In this document: one piece after another, positions 10,892-23,872 of the stretch
Layout of the letters: each line of letters begins with the position of its first letter
Position numbering within the stretch: the first letter of the stretch is position 1
From: Oikopleura dioica
Lineage: Eukaryota > Animalia > Chordata
Length of the DNA stretch: 64,000 bases
Assembly (NCBI GenBank): GCA_907165135.1
Contig: OU015566.1
Span: forward strand, 5,828,001 to 5,892,000
Reading direction: 5' to 3'
Program-made: the position numbers and the translations under genes
Notes under the pieces: model-generated
What the model saw: the letters and a program-made list of their open reading frames with translations, nothing else
The model's database searches: none
What the model was told of the DNA's origin: nothing

Positions 10892-13800
10892 ATGAAGCTC
10901 CGAGAGAATGCGTTATTTCAAATTGCAATAACAGCATCATCAGTAAAGTCTCAAGTGCTTACGAAAGTAACCGATCCTCAATGGATCGGAACACAAGTAG
11001 ATCCTCCGTCAGACGATGTCAATGTTGGCAATCAAGCAGATATATCTGATTTTTATCTCAAACCATCCGATGTTAGTACCCTTACAGATAAATTCGAAGC
11101 TTTTTGAAAGGCATGGGAAATGTTTTATCCATTTTCTAGGCAGCAGCTCTCGCCAAAGCTGGTTTCAATCCGGACAGCGCTCGGGTTATAACTCCTGAAG
11201 ATGGCTACATTGAGCCAGACGACAATGCTGTGACACCGAGAGGCTTGTCAAACTCGAACAAATGGCGGCCTCTTACTCCAGGCGGGCCAGTGACTGTACC
11301 GTATTATGTTCACAGCACCGCGAGTTCTTTCCAAACTCTCATTCAGGTAATCTCACATCGATCGATTTAGAAAATGAGTTTATTGTTTTCAAGACTTCTA
11401 TGGAATCTTTGGCCAATGACCTCGCCTGTTTTTCGATGCCTGAGGTCACCGACGAAGAAATCGACTCTACGACCTACGAAAATGGAATTGTCTTTGTTAG
11501 GCACGAAAACCGTTGCTACTCTGCTCTTGGTCTCGCTCCTGGGGCGCATTTCGGAACACAGGGAGTCTCTAGCGTTGCTGCTTTTGGCGTTCCTGCTACT
11601 TGGCAAGTCATCGCCCTTGCCGATATTTGCACTCCAGATAATCCATCAACGATTCAGCACGAAATGCTTCATGCACTAGGAGTTCTGCACGAGCATCAAC
11701 GACCTGATAGAGATACGTACCTGCTCTTTAATCCTTCAGCTTCGAGTAACCCCAGTGCATATGATCTGATTGCGTCCGAGCAATGGTTCGACATGGGAAG
11801 TCCTTTGGAAGTCGAGTCCGTCATGACTTATTGCTCCTTCTGTGGCGCGATCGGCGATGCTCCAGTAATGACCATCAGAGCCACAGGGGAAACTTTTAGT
11901 GACGGGTACAGAATCACAACAACAGATGCGAAGCAGCTTCAACACGCCTACTGCGAACTTGATCCAATTAATTTCCCTGACTTCACTTACAAACAAGCGA
12001 TCAGTTGCACCTCCACTGACAAGCTCGGCTTCAACCGGGAAATTTTCACGGATCGTCTATGCGACAATGTCGTTGACTGCGGCGGAGGCGAGGATGAAAC
12101 CGGAGAGCTGAACCGGTGCAATCCAAAAACTCCCAACACGAGCAACGGCTGCTGTGGATCATTGTACTTTCCCTACCAAGGTGAGTGTATCGCCAATGGT
12201 GAAGTCTACAACAACAAGGAGGTCTGGGAATGCAGCAATTCTGTAATTGCGAATTATAACGGAGCCTGGTACGTATTCACTGCGGATTCGTGGCCTCTTA
12301 ACGGAGCCTACTGGTTCTCGGACTCCATTGTTTCGGACTCAGTTTGTCCTCCAATCAACGAAGCTTGGAACAATGGCAATATCGCTACCTGCGTCTGGGC
12401 AGGTGCCGATGACTCAGACGAATGCGATCCAAATCCTTGTGATCCGAACGCTACTTGTACTGATTTGTACAGAGACTACAGCTGCGAATGCAATGAACTC
12501 TACACTGGAGACGGCGAGACCTGCACATTCATCCCCGAAGTCGACGAATGCGCTGATGGCACTCATGTGTGCGATGGTAACGCCGTTTGTACCGATGCAA
12601 GAATCGACTACACTTGTGAATGTGCTGATGGATTTAAAGATAGTCACCAGGTTTTCGACTATATATTCATGAGTTTATGTATTAAAATCGACTGAGACCT
12701 TTTTAATCATCATTTATTGAAGGGCGATGCTCCAGGTCAATCCTGTGTTCCAGATGATACTTGCTGTGAAGTCATTGAGGGTAAGCTTGAACAACTGTTA
12801 GACAAAAATATTCTAAATAGTTGCCATCTGGTCTGGTACGATTCAATGCATAAAAAACGACACTGAGACACAATATGATAGACCAACATGGCAGTGTGAT
12901 GGTGACGGTTATTATATCGGACATCATCCACTCTTGAGCCCTCCGTTTGCTTTGTTTTTGGATCCTACTACATACTATGGAGGTTACATGTTCGCGACGA
13001 CTCAAGATGGATATTGTATCGACACAGAACATCCGATAAGTCCAAGGAATCGGTTTCTAAAATACAATATGACCAAAAATTAGATAATTTTAAAACCGAT
13101 CAAAGTGCAACTTGCAAATTATACCCAACAACTGAACCTTCATCTACTGAGACTCCGACTGAACCACCCACCGAGCCACCAACGGAGCCGCCAACTGAAC
13201 GTCCAACTGAAGCACCAACTGAAACAACACCTGAACCAACAAGCGAACCAACTACTCGACAAACAACTGAACCAACTACTGAGCCAACTACTGAAGCAAC
13301 TACTGAACCAACAACGGTATCAACAACTATACCTACAACTGAAGCAACTACTGGAGCAACTACTGAGCCTTCTACTGAGTCACCAACAGCAGCAGAAATC
13401 GATTGTCCAAATATTTCTTGGGAACCAAACTCGTCAAATACGGCTTGCATTCCTGTTGATTTAACTGTTCAGTAAGTTATCTAAAAATATTCGGGACCAA
13501 AGAGAATAACGGTAATTAATAAAGGTGCGACTCTACCAATATCACCATCTCCGCCCACGTAGACCACCTCTACGCCAATCTGCCTCCATCTCTCTACAAC
13601 AACGTCCGACTCAACATCGGAACATGCACGGGCAACGATGCTCCCGACGCAAACGGCTGGATGACAGAAACTTTCGAGTTAGGAACATGCGGTGGCGACG
13701 CTACTCAATCCGGCGAAATCTTCATTTCTTGGATGGGACAAGGTCCTCCCGAAGTCATCCAGCAGGACGGCGTTTACATTTCCTCGATTCTTGGCTTCAA

Positions 13801-14400
13801 AGCTGAGTGCATCTACTCAAGCGAGCTAAGTCTCATGGCCGATCCATTTTCAGTCGACCAATTTGACTCAACTGCAGTGCCAGTAACTGACACAAGCAAC
13901 TTTAACAATCACTTCGAATTAAACATCTACAGCGATATTTTCATGTCGGCCAAAGCTGCTGACGTCAACATTGGTAAAATAGCAGTCGTATTTTTTATTT
14001 CTTCAGTGAATGTTTTAGGTGAAAGACTTTTCGGCTCCGTCACTTCCGACCTCGATCTAGGCGCCCTCTCCTACGTCTACCAAGTACGAAAATGCACAAA
14101 ATTTTTTACAAATTTTAGATTACAAAATGCACCGCCTACGACAGCGCCGACATGGAAGGTCAGAGCTACAACATCCTCGCCGATCACTGCTCTCCATCAA
14201 CAGTCGTCGATTTTGACGACTCCGACCTAACGGGATACAGCGCCGTGCTGTCGGGATTTGATTCTGCCGACTTTTCTTTTACGAGTTTCACATTCAGCAC
14301 TGACGATGAGACTCTTCATATTGAATGCGACGTGAAAATTTGCGTTCGTGGCGCGAATGGCGCTCTTTTGGATTCTTCTTGCCCTACTTCCTGTCCTTGA
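10892..14400 (+). CDS. Astacin metalloprotease mosaic: astacin, LDLa, EGF x2, TEP-rich mucin linker, ZP-like domain
   Basis: HEMLHALGVLHEHQRPDRD zinc motif, SVMTY Met-turn, LCDNVVDCGGGEDE, calcium-binding EGF repeats (DECDPNPC, VDECADG), PTEP repeats and a ZP-like end (LHIECDVKIC). Confidence 0.85.
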
Positions 14401-14713
14401 CTCTTTTTAAACTGTTTAAAATAATTGCCTTACTGAGCAATATTTCGAACACAGTACCCTTGCGCCGATGAGTAAAAAGAAGCCGTTATTTACGAGTCGT
14501 TAATTATTCTCGGACATATGAATGGTTTTATTGATCGCGGCGGTTAAGAGGATTAAAAGAGAATTTCCAAGATGAGTAGCGAGAGAGAAAGGAATAAAAA
14601 ATGAGGAGAATATTTTGCCCAAAATTTGCAGGAAAATGTCAGATTTCGACCGAGACTCTCACATTTATATGAGCACAATTTGAGTCAGGGAAAACAAAGA
14701 AAGGAAGAAAAAT

Positions 14714-15007
14714 ATGCCTGAAATGAATGGATTCGATTATTTTTATGAGAACAACGGTCCGCGAGTCCGAGAAGAACACGACGAAGCAGCAGTGCGACAA
14801 GTGCTGAAAACAAGAGCAGCTGGCTTGAGGGGCTTTAATTTGAAGGAATGGGATAAAATCACATTTTTTACTTTGTATTTTAATATGATTTTCATCGAAA
14901 AAAGTTGGATGGACAATCCGACATCATTGATGTCACATCAAACTTACGGCGGCGACGGGTTCTGGAAACTTTGGCTTCTTTCCAACGCAGAATCAACGAA
15001 AACGTAG
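14714..15007 (+). CDS. Small protein of unknown function
   Basis: 97-aa ORF with an AT-rich, intron-like in-frame middle section. No family recognised. Confidence 0.35.
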   Translation: MPEMNGFDYFYENNGPRVREEHDEAAVRQVLKTRAAGLRGFNLKEWDKITFFTLYFNMIFIEKSWMDNPTSLMSHQTYGGDGFWKLWLLSNAESTKT

Positions 15008-15361
15008 AAGCTTGAGCTTCTGAGTTGCCTCCTTACTGCAGGCAAAGCTTGGAGCAGACCAGCCTTACAGCATTAACATACCGCTAGTGTCAATGAGAAA
15101 GGCAAAATCCGGCATTCTATGGAAATCAGGATAGTCTGAAAATCAGTCCCTGTGGAAATAACGCTCTAATGAGAATGAGTCCTACCCAATTTTCTTCTGC
15201 GAATAAGATTATTCAAAACGATGGCTTTGAGAGAACAAGTTCAACTTGAACGGATGATTATCTCTGTTTCAAGACTTCGAAGTTCTATTTCGAAGATTTT
15301 CTAGAGTCAATCGGCAGCAAAATTTTCCGCGAAACTAGCTCTGCACTCTCATCGTCAAGCA

Positions 15362-17122
15362 ATGACAAGAATTTCACTGCGACCGGTCTTCGTAGTCCTT
15401 TTTTTAGTCTTCATCTTGGCAAAACTTCAAAACCTAAGATTTCAAGGAGAGATAACTGTCGAGAAAATCGTGGTCTGGTTCAAGCCAACAGAGATAAATG
15501 AAGATTTTCGAAGACGTTTGCGAAGTTATTTTGATTTCCGAGAAGTCCGAAGCTCGCCCGACTGTAAAGCGCTCATACAGGTATTTCTCGACGACTTCGT
15601 CAACTCCACATCTTCAGATTTCGAGAAAAACGATCTCAAAGTTCCCCGAGATTACAGAAATCGAACTTCTTTGAAGCGGCGGTAGGGGATTAACGGATCA
15701 AAATCTACAAAATCGGTCAAGATTAATGCAGAAAGAAGGGTCCAAATAATAATATTCAAATAGATTTTTCATGTAGAAACTATCCGATTAATAGAATTAT
15801 TAACTCAAAGTTGATCCTGTTTCAAAAAAATCGTTGGGGACACCCTTAAGAACGATTCGCTGGAGCTCGAGAAAGTCGAAAAACTGAAGTCTTCGAACAA
15901 AATCGACGTTCAATCTTTTCCAGATGGAGCAATTTCCACTTTTATTCAAGAAACAAGCTGCCAAGAGTTCCTGAAAATGCGCGACTACTCCTTTTCATCT
16001 CAAAACAGCGACTTTCCTCTTGCATTTTCGATTGTCGTCCACAAAAACCCAGGTCAAGTCGAACGACTGATTCGCGCTATTTACTCGCCTGACAATGTCT
16101 ACTGCCTTCATGTCGATTCCAAATCGTCATTGGATGTTTATAACGATTTTCAAGAGCTAGCCAACTGTCTCCCGAATGTTTTCCTGGCGAAGAAAAGGGA
16201 AAATGTTCTCTGGGCTGAGCTCGGCAATCTGTGTAGAAAGCCTGAGTCAGGGTCTGAAAAGCCGCGTGCGATCTTTCAGACCCTGACTCAGGTTTTCTAC
16301 ACAGGTTGCCGAGCCCAGTCTCTGGGGCTCCTACGAGCGTTTCCAAGCTGAACTCAACTGCATGGAAGAGCTTTTGGAGCACGAAATCCAGTGGAGATAT
16401 TTAATCAACTTGTGCGGCGAGGATTTCCCGCTGAAAACAAACTCTGAAATCGTCGATCACCTCAAGTCGATTTATCCAAAAAACTCGATCAACCAATATC
16501 CGATGCCGGAGAACAAACTCAAGCGCTACAAATATCACTGGTCAATCAGAAGACAGTTTTTTCACGAATACAAGTACGTCCCGCAAATTACTTTTTGGCG
16601 AAAATCCCCGCCGCCGAACAATGTGCAAATCTTTGGCGGACTCGCGTACTTGATGGTGACAAGGGAGTTTGTAAGTTGGATGATGGAGGATGAAGAAGTG
16701 AAGCAGCTGATTGAGTGGTCCAAAGATACGTTTTCGCCGGATGAATTTGTCTGGGCTTCGATTGTTGCGATGGAACGCGCCCCAGGCGGAAGAACGGTAA
16801 CAGCTTATTCGATGTTCCAATGACAATTTTTCAGGGAAATTCAAAGGAATGGTCTCGTCTTATTTTATGGACAAATGGAGGATCGCTCCCTCAGTGTCAA
16901 GGACACGCCCGGCGCGGAGTTTGCGTTTTTGGAAGTGGCGATCTTGCTTGGGTAAATTTTTCTTTCCGATGTGCTTTATTTTTCGCGTCGATTTTTTAGA
17001 TCACAAGTCGGCCTCACATGTTTGCAAACAAGTTTGATGATCAGGATGATTTTGCGATTCAATGCTTGGAAGAAGAATTGAAAAGGAGAAACGATGATCG
17101 CGAACTGGTGAAAAACAGCTAG
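15362..17122 (+). CDS. GCNT: Core-2/I-branching beta-1,6-N-acetylglucosaminyltransferase (GT14), interrupted by a MITE
   Basis: Type II anchor, DFPLAFSIVVHK, YSPDNVYCLHVD, AELNCM, WRYLINLCGEDFPLKTN, WSKDTFSPDEFVWA, CQGHARRGVCVFGSGDL and MFANKFD motifs. Confidence 0.9.
15620..15849. mobile_element. Partial copy of the 62.7-kb TTAA element within GCNT intron 1
   Basis: Shares GAGAAAAACGATCTCAAAG, GCGGTAGGGGATTAA and the terminal ATCGTTGGGGACACCC-TTAA with the reverse complement of 62698-62930. Confidence 0.75.
16215..16318. mobile_element. 104-bp MITE (CTGGGCTCGGCAA family) inside a GCNT coding exon
   Basis: TIR CTGAGCTCGGCAATCTG / CAGGTTGCCGAGCCCAG. Perfect 8-bp TSD TCTCTGGG at 16207-16214 and 16319-16326. 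Confidence 0.9.
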
Positions 17123-17360
17123 AAAAATACTCCATGAAATAAAGCACTGAAAATGCCGCAAAAATGTTTTTTTGTTTAATTTCAATACAGAAGGTTTATC
17201 CTCAAAATTATAAAGTAATATAAAAATTTTATCTGTTTTAATGTCAAATATCAGCGGTTCAAATACCCAGCAGAAAGCACGCTCAGTATTTACTCACATT
17301 AAAGTTCACTTGCAGTGACGTCCTACGGATCCATTTATTCTCAATCTTTGAGTAAAAAAA

Positions 17361-18955
17361 ATGATTCTTTTATGGGTTCTACAATTGGTCATAGGAAGTA
17401 TTCCTAATTCTGGAGCTCGTCCCGGCATCCAGAGATCTTCTGATGGAGAACGAGCAATTGTCGCTATAGAAATTTGCCCGTAAGTTTTCTTTATTCTGTT
17501 ACTTTTGTGATCCCGCTTACTACTAAGGACAGCTTGATAAATTGAAAGTGATGACTATTATCTTTGAACTTCCGCATGACTCTATTTTTAGCGACATAGA
17601 GCTGCAGGAAGATTGCGAGGGACAGTGCAGAGTCGAGTACAATTACTGCCGACTGCTCTGCGAAACTGAGTACTGCCAGTCGATTTGCGATCGAGAGTAC
17701 CAAGGTAAGCTTCATCAAAAGTAAAAGCTTCAAAAAAATTAAAGATTGCGGCGATAATTGTCCCTGCGGAGAAAACTGCGAGCAAGGATGCTTCAACTGC
17801 GAAAATCCAATTTGCCCTCAAGTACGATAAAATATCAACAAATCTCGAAACTCTTTTTCAACAACTTCTTTTTTTCTTAGGAGACAACAACGACCTCGCA
17901 GACGGCAATTACAACAATATCTCCGGTAAATCCCTTTCCGGTAAAGATAGATTTACGCCGATCAGAATGATGTCAACATCCTGATTCTTGGATTCTCCGA
18001 TTTGGCGAATTCTTACATCTTCTCCGGCGAAAGCTTCACGAAGACCCCGGCTGCCATCGATGCTCCTCGAGATGATTATGCGCATAGAAGCGCTTCTGCC
18101 GTGGTTCGAGGAGACCTGTATATTTTTGGGGGCCAGACCGATTATCAAAAGGTAAAATTACTCGAAACTAGAAAGACTCAGTGAATTCCGAAGATTGCGA
18201 AGCTGGAAGATTGCGAATTCAAGGAAGTGCCAGTTCAATTGGTTGACGAGTTCTGGTATGGTCATTTTGCAGTTGCAATCGACGACGGAGACAAAGGTTT
18301 CCAATTTTATCATTTCTTCAAGAAATGTTGTGATCGCTTTTAGCGCTGATCTGCTTCGATCGGTCAAGTTTCACGAACTGCGAAATTTTCGATTCAGCGA
18401 GCTCAACATTGACATATTCAACATTATACCCGCATGAAAATGGCGGTCTTGGCTACTTGAATGGTCAGCCTACAACTGTCGGAAGCGCCAGAGGAGATGG
18501 CCAACAGAAGGTCGAGACGTACTCGTCTTCTGGATGGAGAAGATTGGCTGACCACCCAAGGTTATCAATATACGCTTTTCTCTTGCAATAATTCTATTCT
18601 TAGGAATATTCAAGGCCATACACTGACTGGACTGGAGAGTGGAGCACTTCTCATGGCTGGTGGATACGACCAAAATGAACGAGAATACACTCGAAGTATC
18701 TGGCTGCTGAAAGAAGATGTATGGAGGCTGACTGGCTTTTTGGAAGAGTATTGTTACCGTGGCACAGCGTTGAAGATCGGTGATTTCATCTTCGCCATTT
18801 CTGGTGGCGTCAGAGATTCGAATGGTCTTTACCCAGTTGAGAGAATCAAAGTTGTCAACGACGAAGTCTTAGAAGCAGAAATCATCGGCGGACACGACTT
18901 TCTCAGCTGGCATCCAGTCATTTTCGAGGCAAATGCTGATTTCTGCGTTGAATAG
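17361..18955 (+). CDS. Secreted protein: Cys-rich module plus kelch-like propeller
   Basis: Signal peptide MILLWVLQLVIG, CEGQCRVEYNYCRLLC...CPCGENCEQGC module, SAVVRGDLYIFGG, GLGYLNGQPTTVG, LLMAGG and IFAISGG repeats. Confidence 0.75.
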
Positions 18956-19180
18956 GGTACTTTTATCATCTGAAGAATTATGCTTTCTCAAATAAATGTT
19001 TGTTCAAATGATTAAAAACATTGCCGTTGGAGTAAATTTGAACTTGCACTTTTTCAGAGCATCTGTTCTTTTCTCAGATTTCAAGTTATGCGAAAGTGAA
19101 ATCTGGTTCATTGTAGAATATTTTCGAGACACCTTCAGTAGACGATTTTTATCGATTTCAAAACAGAGTCAACAAGAATT

Positions 19181-20763
19181 ATGAAATTGCTTGGAGCGTC
19201 TCTTCTTGGAACAGTTTTCGGCGACGAGGTGTGTTACAGACACAACCAGTGCGAAGTCGGCTGTTTTACAAATTTGCCGCCTTGGGGTGGGACCGACGCG
19301 CGACCTGGCAGCAAATTGCCCAATCTCGTAAGTTCAAGCGCGCTTTCTCGTTTAAATTCGGATCTAGCCATCTGATCTTAATGTCAATTTCCACCTCGAT
19401 ACTACATTAGAAACCGGGGTCAACATCGATTATGGAAACTTTGATTCTCTAGCTGCAAGTTCTTTCAATCCAGAAAACCCCGTCTATTTCATCATCCACG
19501 GTTATTTTGACACAGGAGATGAAGGCTGGCTGCAGCGAATTTCAGCTTTGATCCTGGAGCAAGAAAATGCAAACGTCTTCCGGGTCGATTGGGGCGAAGG
19601 CTCTCGGACTATCCAATACGCTCAGGCAGCTACGGACACGCAAGTTGTTGGCGGCTCTGTCGGCTGTCTGATCAAGGACATGGAGCCGTTTTTCAGAAGC
19701 ATGAACTCGATGGTCTCCAAAATCACCTGCATCGGGCACAGTCTCGGCGCGCAAGCTTGTGGCTACGTCGGTCAAAATGTCCAAAAACGATACGGAGTCA
19801 AATTGCCAGTGATTCACGGACTGGACCCTGCTGAGCCGTATTTCAAAGATACTCCAGATGAAGTTTGCCTGGGATATTCTGACGCTGATTTTGTCTCGGT
19901 TATCCACTCCGATGCTACTCAATTTCTCTCGGGAGGCGTCCAAGGTCTTGGACTTTCTTATCCAGTTGGCCATGTCGATTTCTGGCCAAATAACGGGACA
20001 AATCACCCGGGCTGCGAAGGCGGTCTTTTTGACCAAATTACGGACAATGGCGGAATTTGGGAAGGATTGAGGGACTTTGCCGTCTGCTATCATCAACGAG
20101 CGATCAGATTTTTTGAAGAAAGTATTCCGAGAAACTGCAATTATAAAAGCTACAAGGTTAGTTGCTTTCTTGACGCTCAATTTTACCGGATTCTAGTGCA
20201 AACGATGGACGGATTTCTACGAAGGCTACTGTTTGGAAAGTTGGGATAACAATCTTCTCCCGGAAATGGGCTGGAACTCGATTCATTACAAAGATATTAT
20301 GCCAAAGCCGAATTTGAACGAAGTTTATTTGAATACCGGCGACAAAAAGCCATTCTGTGTCCATGAAAATCTTCAGCGACTGTATTTTAATGCAAATACA
20401 GATCGAAATCTTGAACTAGACTTGGAAATTCAGTAAGCCTTCTTTCCAAAATCCGATCTAAAAAGCTTCAGGTATCTTCATTCTTCTGGCTCTCCAATCA
20501 CTCTGAAAATCAACGAGTCTCCAATAACCCCTTATGAAGGCTTTCAAATGCGAACTCCGCTGACTCTCAAAGAAAATCTCGGATCCATCAACTCGCTCTG
20601 GGTGAAACTTGATTTCGCTGGGGGACTGATCAACCTTTCTCATTACGCAACAATCGACAGAATTTACATCAAACACGGAGAAGTACAAGAAGAGTCCATT
20701 TACTGCCCGTTAGAAGCTTCGATGAAAGTCGGTCAAACTTATATTTTTGAAAAGTGCCAATAA
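19181..20763 (+). CDS. Pancreatic-lipase-family triacylglycerol lipase
   Basis: Signal peptide, IIHGY, RVDW, GHSLG nucleophile, GLDPAEPYF, GHVDFWPN, CYHQRA and a C-terminal PLAT-like region. Confidence 0.9.
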
Positions 20764-21111
20764 AAAAGAAACTGTTCAATTTCATGGTTCTAAGTCATTT
20801 CCATCCCCGTTCGTAGGAAGGAAAGTCAATAATTACGCGTAATTTCACGGGCAGGCCCTCTTGATTGAAGCCGCACCTTGCCAAAGAAAGCGCAGCTGGG
20901 CTGTGCCACGCGCCGAAGGGAAAAGTGAACCTGATGAGGCAAGGTGCAGGATTGCCAGTGCGCCGGATGGAAAGATCAACCTGTTTCCACCTGTTTCTAG
21001 AGAGGGCGTTGTTTCTCATCCTTCCCGAATATAAGCAACATCCGAAATCGCAATCATCATATCACAAAACATTCAAACAAGCAAACAAACAGCAAAAAAC
21101 AATCTTCAAAA

Positions 21112-22200
21112 ATGCAAAACCAAGCTCGACTCAACCAACTCGGCGGTGCCTTCGTCAACGGTCGTCCCCTCTCCCTGGAAACTCGCGAGAAGATCGTCCA
21201 AATGTCTCAAATGGGAATCCGCCCCTGCGTCATTTCTCGTGATCTGCGCGTTTCTCACGGCTGCGTCTCCAAGATCCTCTCCCGCTTCAACAAGACTGGT
21301 CAAATCAAGCCTGGCGCTTCCGGCGGCTCGAAGAGAAGATCCAACGTCAGCAAGGAGCATGAATATCTGATCATCGAGTACCGCAAGCAATTTGCCTACG
21401 CCTGGGAGATGCGAGAAGAAATGGTCAAACAAGGCGTCCAAAAAGTCCCTTCCGTCGATCAAATCAAACGAGTGCTCCGCCAAAAGGGTTGCCCGGAAGA
21501 AGGCGACACAACCGACCCCGCTTCCGATCTTGATCTTTCTCCACCACCAGCAGCTCAACAAGCCGCGCCAACCAAGCCTCGTCGAGCTCGAACCAACTTC
21601 ACTCAAGCTCAAGTCGACGCCCTCGAAGGTGCCTTTCTCAAAACCCACTATCCCGATGTCTACGTCCGCGAAGAACTCTCCGCTCTCACCGGCATGACTG
21701 AGAATCGCATTCAAATCTGGTTCTCCAACCGACGAGCTCGATACCGAAAACAATGCCACGCCCAGCAAGTCTCCAATCAGCCGATTCAAACCGCACTTTG
21801 CCCTTCAAATGCTCCAGCGGTCCCAACAATGGTGCCTTCTCCTCCTCCAATGGCCGATTCTCCGCCAACCTCGTGGCCTCAAGAATTTAGCGCTGGAATG
21901 ACTGCTCAAAACGCTCAATTCATGCAAGAGTTCTACGCCACTCAACAAGCCTACTTCCAACAAGCGCAGATCTACCAGAACATCGCTCCCCAACAATTCT
22001 ACGACGTCCAGCAAATCCAGCAGCCAGGCAACTCTTCCGGCGGAAACAGCCCCAACGACTCTGGCTGCTACTCTCCACCAGCTTCAGCCCCCGTCCCCGA
22101 GGGTGCCCAAGAGCAAATCTACAACGCTCCAATCAATCCACCATCCGTTTCTTTCAGCCCCGAAGACAGCTTCCAACAATACTTTACCCCTGCTTTCTAA
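21112..22200 (+). CDS. Pax3/7: Pax3/7-class transcription factor, single exon
   Basis: Paired domain ([33 protein letters not shown]) and a paired-type homeodomain with Ser50 (WFSNRRAR). Confidence 0.9.
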   Translation: MQNQARLNQLGGAFVNGRPLSLETREKIVQMSQMGIRPCVISRDLRVSHGCVSKILSRFNKTGQIKPGASGGSKRRSNVSKEHEYLIIEYRKQFAYAWEMREEMVKQGVQKVPSVDQIKRVLRQKGCPEEGDTTDPASDLDLSPPPAAQQAAPTKPRRARTNFTQAQVDALEGAFLKTHYPDVYVREELSALTGMTENRIQIWFSNRRARYRKQCHAQQVSNQPIQTALCPSNAPAVPTMVPSPPPMADSPPTSWPQEFSAGMTAQNAQFMQEFYATQQAYFQQAQIYQNIAPQQFYDVQQIQQPGNSSGGNSPNDSGCYSPPASAPVPEGAQEQIYNAPINPPSVSFSPEDSFQQYFTPAF

Positions 22201-22569
22201 TTTATTTTCTGCCTATCTTCGCTCTTTGTAAATATCTTTTTGCATCGATTCTTTCTTGTTTTTATAATAAAATCTTCAAAAAAAAATTTCAAGGGGACTT
22301 TTTTACCTGACCAATTATGAGTGACTCTTAATTATTCTTGAAAATTGTTCAAATAGCAGATTTTGCCCTTCTAGGAATATTTTAGGAACAGAATCAATGA
22401 TGAATTTATGCTCATAATAAAATTTACATTTGCCAAGATGATTCTTAAAGTTCAAATGGAAACCAAAGCGTGCTCCTCGCTAAATATCAACTTGAAAGTG
22501 TTCAGTTGATTCTTCATTTGTGATATCATATTATATGATTCATATAGGATTATTCGAAGAGATTTCGAA

Positions 22570-23508
22570 ATGAAAAACTCGCTAATTATCGTTTTTGCCA
22601 TAATTTTTTGCCCGAGTGATGCGATAAAATGCTTCGTTTGCACAGGAGAAAGGGATCATATCGGATTCAAAGACGAAAAGAATCGGGACTGTTGGGAGAA
22701 TCCAGAAGATTCTCAGTTTATGGTTGCAAGGGGGTGCGCGATTGGAGAGGAATACTGTGTTACTTCTGTTATGGTTGATTTTCGATTTGATGGGGTACTT
22801 GTTTCTACAATGACTCGGAAATGTGCAAGTGCATCATATATCGGGTCTTTAGGATGCAAAGAGTCGATGAATGAGGACGAAATAGGATTCGAGGTAGACA
22901 TGGATTAGTATCATTCGCTTCATTCTTTATTAAGTTCAAAGACTGCAAAACAGTTTGTCAAGAAGACGGCTGCAACGACTCAAGAACGAACGTAGAAGTC
23001 CTATCAGAATATTCAACCGGAACTGTCAAATCCTGCAGAACCTGTAGTGAAACAAAAATCGGCGCATACAACGACCTTGAGTGCGAAAATGAAGAAACCA
23101 TTGATTGTCCCGCATATGCCGATACGAGCTGTTTTACTGCAGCATACACACGCGAGGTTAGATAGTGAATGCCAACGCTCGATTTTTGAAAGTAATTCAA
23201 ATTGAACCTGGTTATTTTTAAATAAATGATTTTGTTTTTAAAATTTCAGTTCGATGGGACATATTCTCATCAGCTAAACAAAGGTTGCTCAAGCTTCAAG
23301 AGCAACTTTGAAGACAGTCCAACATGCTTTGAAATTAACCACAATGGGTATGAAAATTATCGCGAAGAAACCTGCAAGGAAAGTTGTACAGAAGACAACT
23401 GCAATGAGGCCATTTCACTTAGACCTTGCTTAGACAACCAGGTACAAATTAAAAATTTTAATCCACATTATGTGGATTTCATCAAATATTATTTAGATTT
23501 GCCCGTAA
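22570..23508 (+). CDS. Secreted paralog of the 8-9.8 kb Ly6/uPAR-like gene, lacking stalk and TM
   Basis: Same exon structure and Cys pattern as the minus-strand copy. The last exon reads ATT TGC CCG TAA (ICP*) at 23497-23508. Confidence 0.75.
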
Positions 23509-23872
23509 ATCAGTTTTTAACTCATGGACTGGATATTGTTCTGATCAGAATAGATCTTTTTCTTTACTTATTCATTACAAATAAATTTGTTTTCAACAAA
23601 AAGTTTAAAACGATCATAAATACGGTAGTAAAATAAAAGGAACAACTCAGGAGTACGGAAGGTGCAGTGAAAAATAAAGGTCGGTGTGTCTATTTTCTCC
23701 CCAAAATTTCGTAATTGCCATTTCTTTTTTGTTTTTTTTTTGCTGACCAACCAGTACAGAAGAGCTAAGTCAGGGTCTCAAAGAGCGGAAATTAACCTCT
23801 TAGTTCTGATTCGGCATATTTTTACTTGAAATTGGAAAAATAGACTGACCATAATACCATGCCTCTTAAACT

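Noticed and set aside
11071-11139. Possible GA or GC donor in an astacin-1 intron
   Set aside because: A canonical in-phase GTTAGT donor at 11071 explains the junction.
21106-21789. 227-aa antisense ORF over Pax3/7
   Set aside because: It is a shadow ORF from biased codon usage and has no recognisable motif.
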